DNA of 64,000 bases, taken from positions 76,136,001-76,200,000 of the forward strand of contig OZ287751.1 of NCBI GenBank assembly GCA_965649765.1. The letters are read 5' to 3'. Both the position numbers and the translations under genes were made by a program. This stretch comes from Bispira polyomma. Its lineage: Eukaryota. Shown piece by piece: positions 62,906 through 64,000 of the stretch (position 1 is the stretch's first letter; every line of letters begins with the position of its first letter). The notes under the pieces were generated by a model. That model was not told where the DNA came from. It did not search any database and saw only the letters and a program-made list of their open reading frames with translations.

Positions 62906-64000
62906 TTAAGCTAAGTACAACCACACCAAGATGTAGCAATATATAAATGAGACAAATTGGAAAGAGAAGTGATTAGAAAGGATACACAATAAAAATAGAT
63001 ACAAAGATATGGCAAAACCAAGTGCCAAATATGCGGACACAGTGCCAAATATGCAAACACAGTGCTAAATATTTTAACTGAATTTACATACAAAACATAA
63101 AAAATAAGACAAAATCGAAGTAACAGGGGTAATAAATAAATGCAAAGACCACAATACTATTTACCTAAATGGGATACAGCCCACTCCCGCCAAACGGAGT
63201 GGACAATAATAGGGTATATATGGTATCTGGCTAACTTTACAATACAGAACATCAAAATATGACAAAATCAATGTAAAAGGGGTAGAAAAACCATAAATAG
63301 TAATAAAATAAATGTAAAGATGTAGCCAAACTGACGATCTTTTACAAAATTTTGTAGTATTTTTCCATAACGATCTTCCCCTGGTGTATGCTCCACTGGG
63401 CATCAAGTGTTACTGTTTAATTTTCTTTTAAATCATTAAATACAATGTAATTTATCGAAGCTTTTGTGGTATATTTCAACAAATGGTCAACTTTAATTAA
63501 AGTCCTATTCTAACCTTATAAGATCGATTTATGAATTATGTACCATAGATCTGTGTACGATATTTAAAGACACTCAACTAGTTTAAAGTAACTTGATCCA
63601 TTGTATTCCGTTTTTCTGGGATACTTTGCTTTCAGAGAGATAACTTAAACACAATGTTTAAAACAAGTTTAGAGTAGGGTTATTTTTAGCATATCAGGTT
63701 ACCCTAAACATGTATCAATTTGAAATCTATTTGGCTAGTACGAAAAACCCCACAGAAGTCACACAAAAAATATGTGATAATAAATATATTATTGGAAAAT
63801 TACTATTATAACTAAAAATGGCGCATATCCTCCAAAAATACATAAATTATATTTCAACCAATCAAATCCAAGGATATTAAAGTCCTCCTCGTCTTTAGGT
63901 CATGAACTCTGACCTTTTCCGTGTGATGTTTATTTCTACAGGTAATTGTGGCTAAAATACTGTTGTAACGAGGATTTATATCACTTACAAATGTTATAAG

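Overview
AT-rich, intron-containing animal genomic DNA, probably a marine invertebrate (the repeat content looks mollusc/lophotrochozoan-like, which is inference). About half of the window is transposon debris: L2/CR1 LINEs, L1/Tx1 LINEs (one a young 5'-truncated copy with an intact 1050-aa frame and a 14-bp TSD), RTE-X-like LINEs, a DIRS/Ngaro retrotransposon, a Gypsy relic, Helentron-type HINEs carrying ~147-bp satellite units, tRNA-derived SINEs and MITEs. Two host loci can be assembled by hand. (1) A minus-strand, three-coding-exon heparan-sulfate/uronyl 2-O-sulfotransferase-like gene (336 aa) that uses a GC-AG intron. (2) A plus-strand TRPC4AP copy (10 exons, C-terminal half only) that has two frameshifting deletions but keeps every splice site. 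The main discovery is invisible in the ORF track: in and just upstream of this TRPC4AP pseudogene lie nine full-length and one truncated box C/D snoRNA genes in two subfamilies. The nine full-length copies all carry the same guide (AGATAGGGACA), which matches the SNORD74/U74/snR64 site in 28S rRNA, and their terminal stems show compensatory changes. The locus looks like a decayed protein-coding duplicate serving as a GAS5-like host for an amplified single-target snoRNA array.
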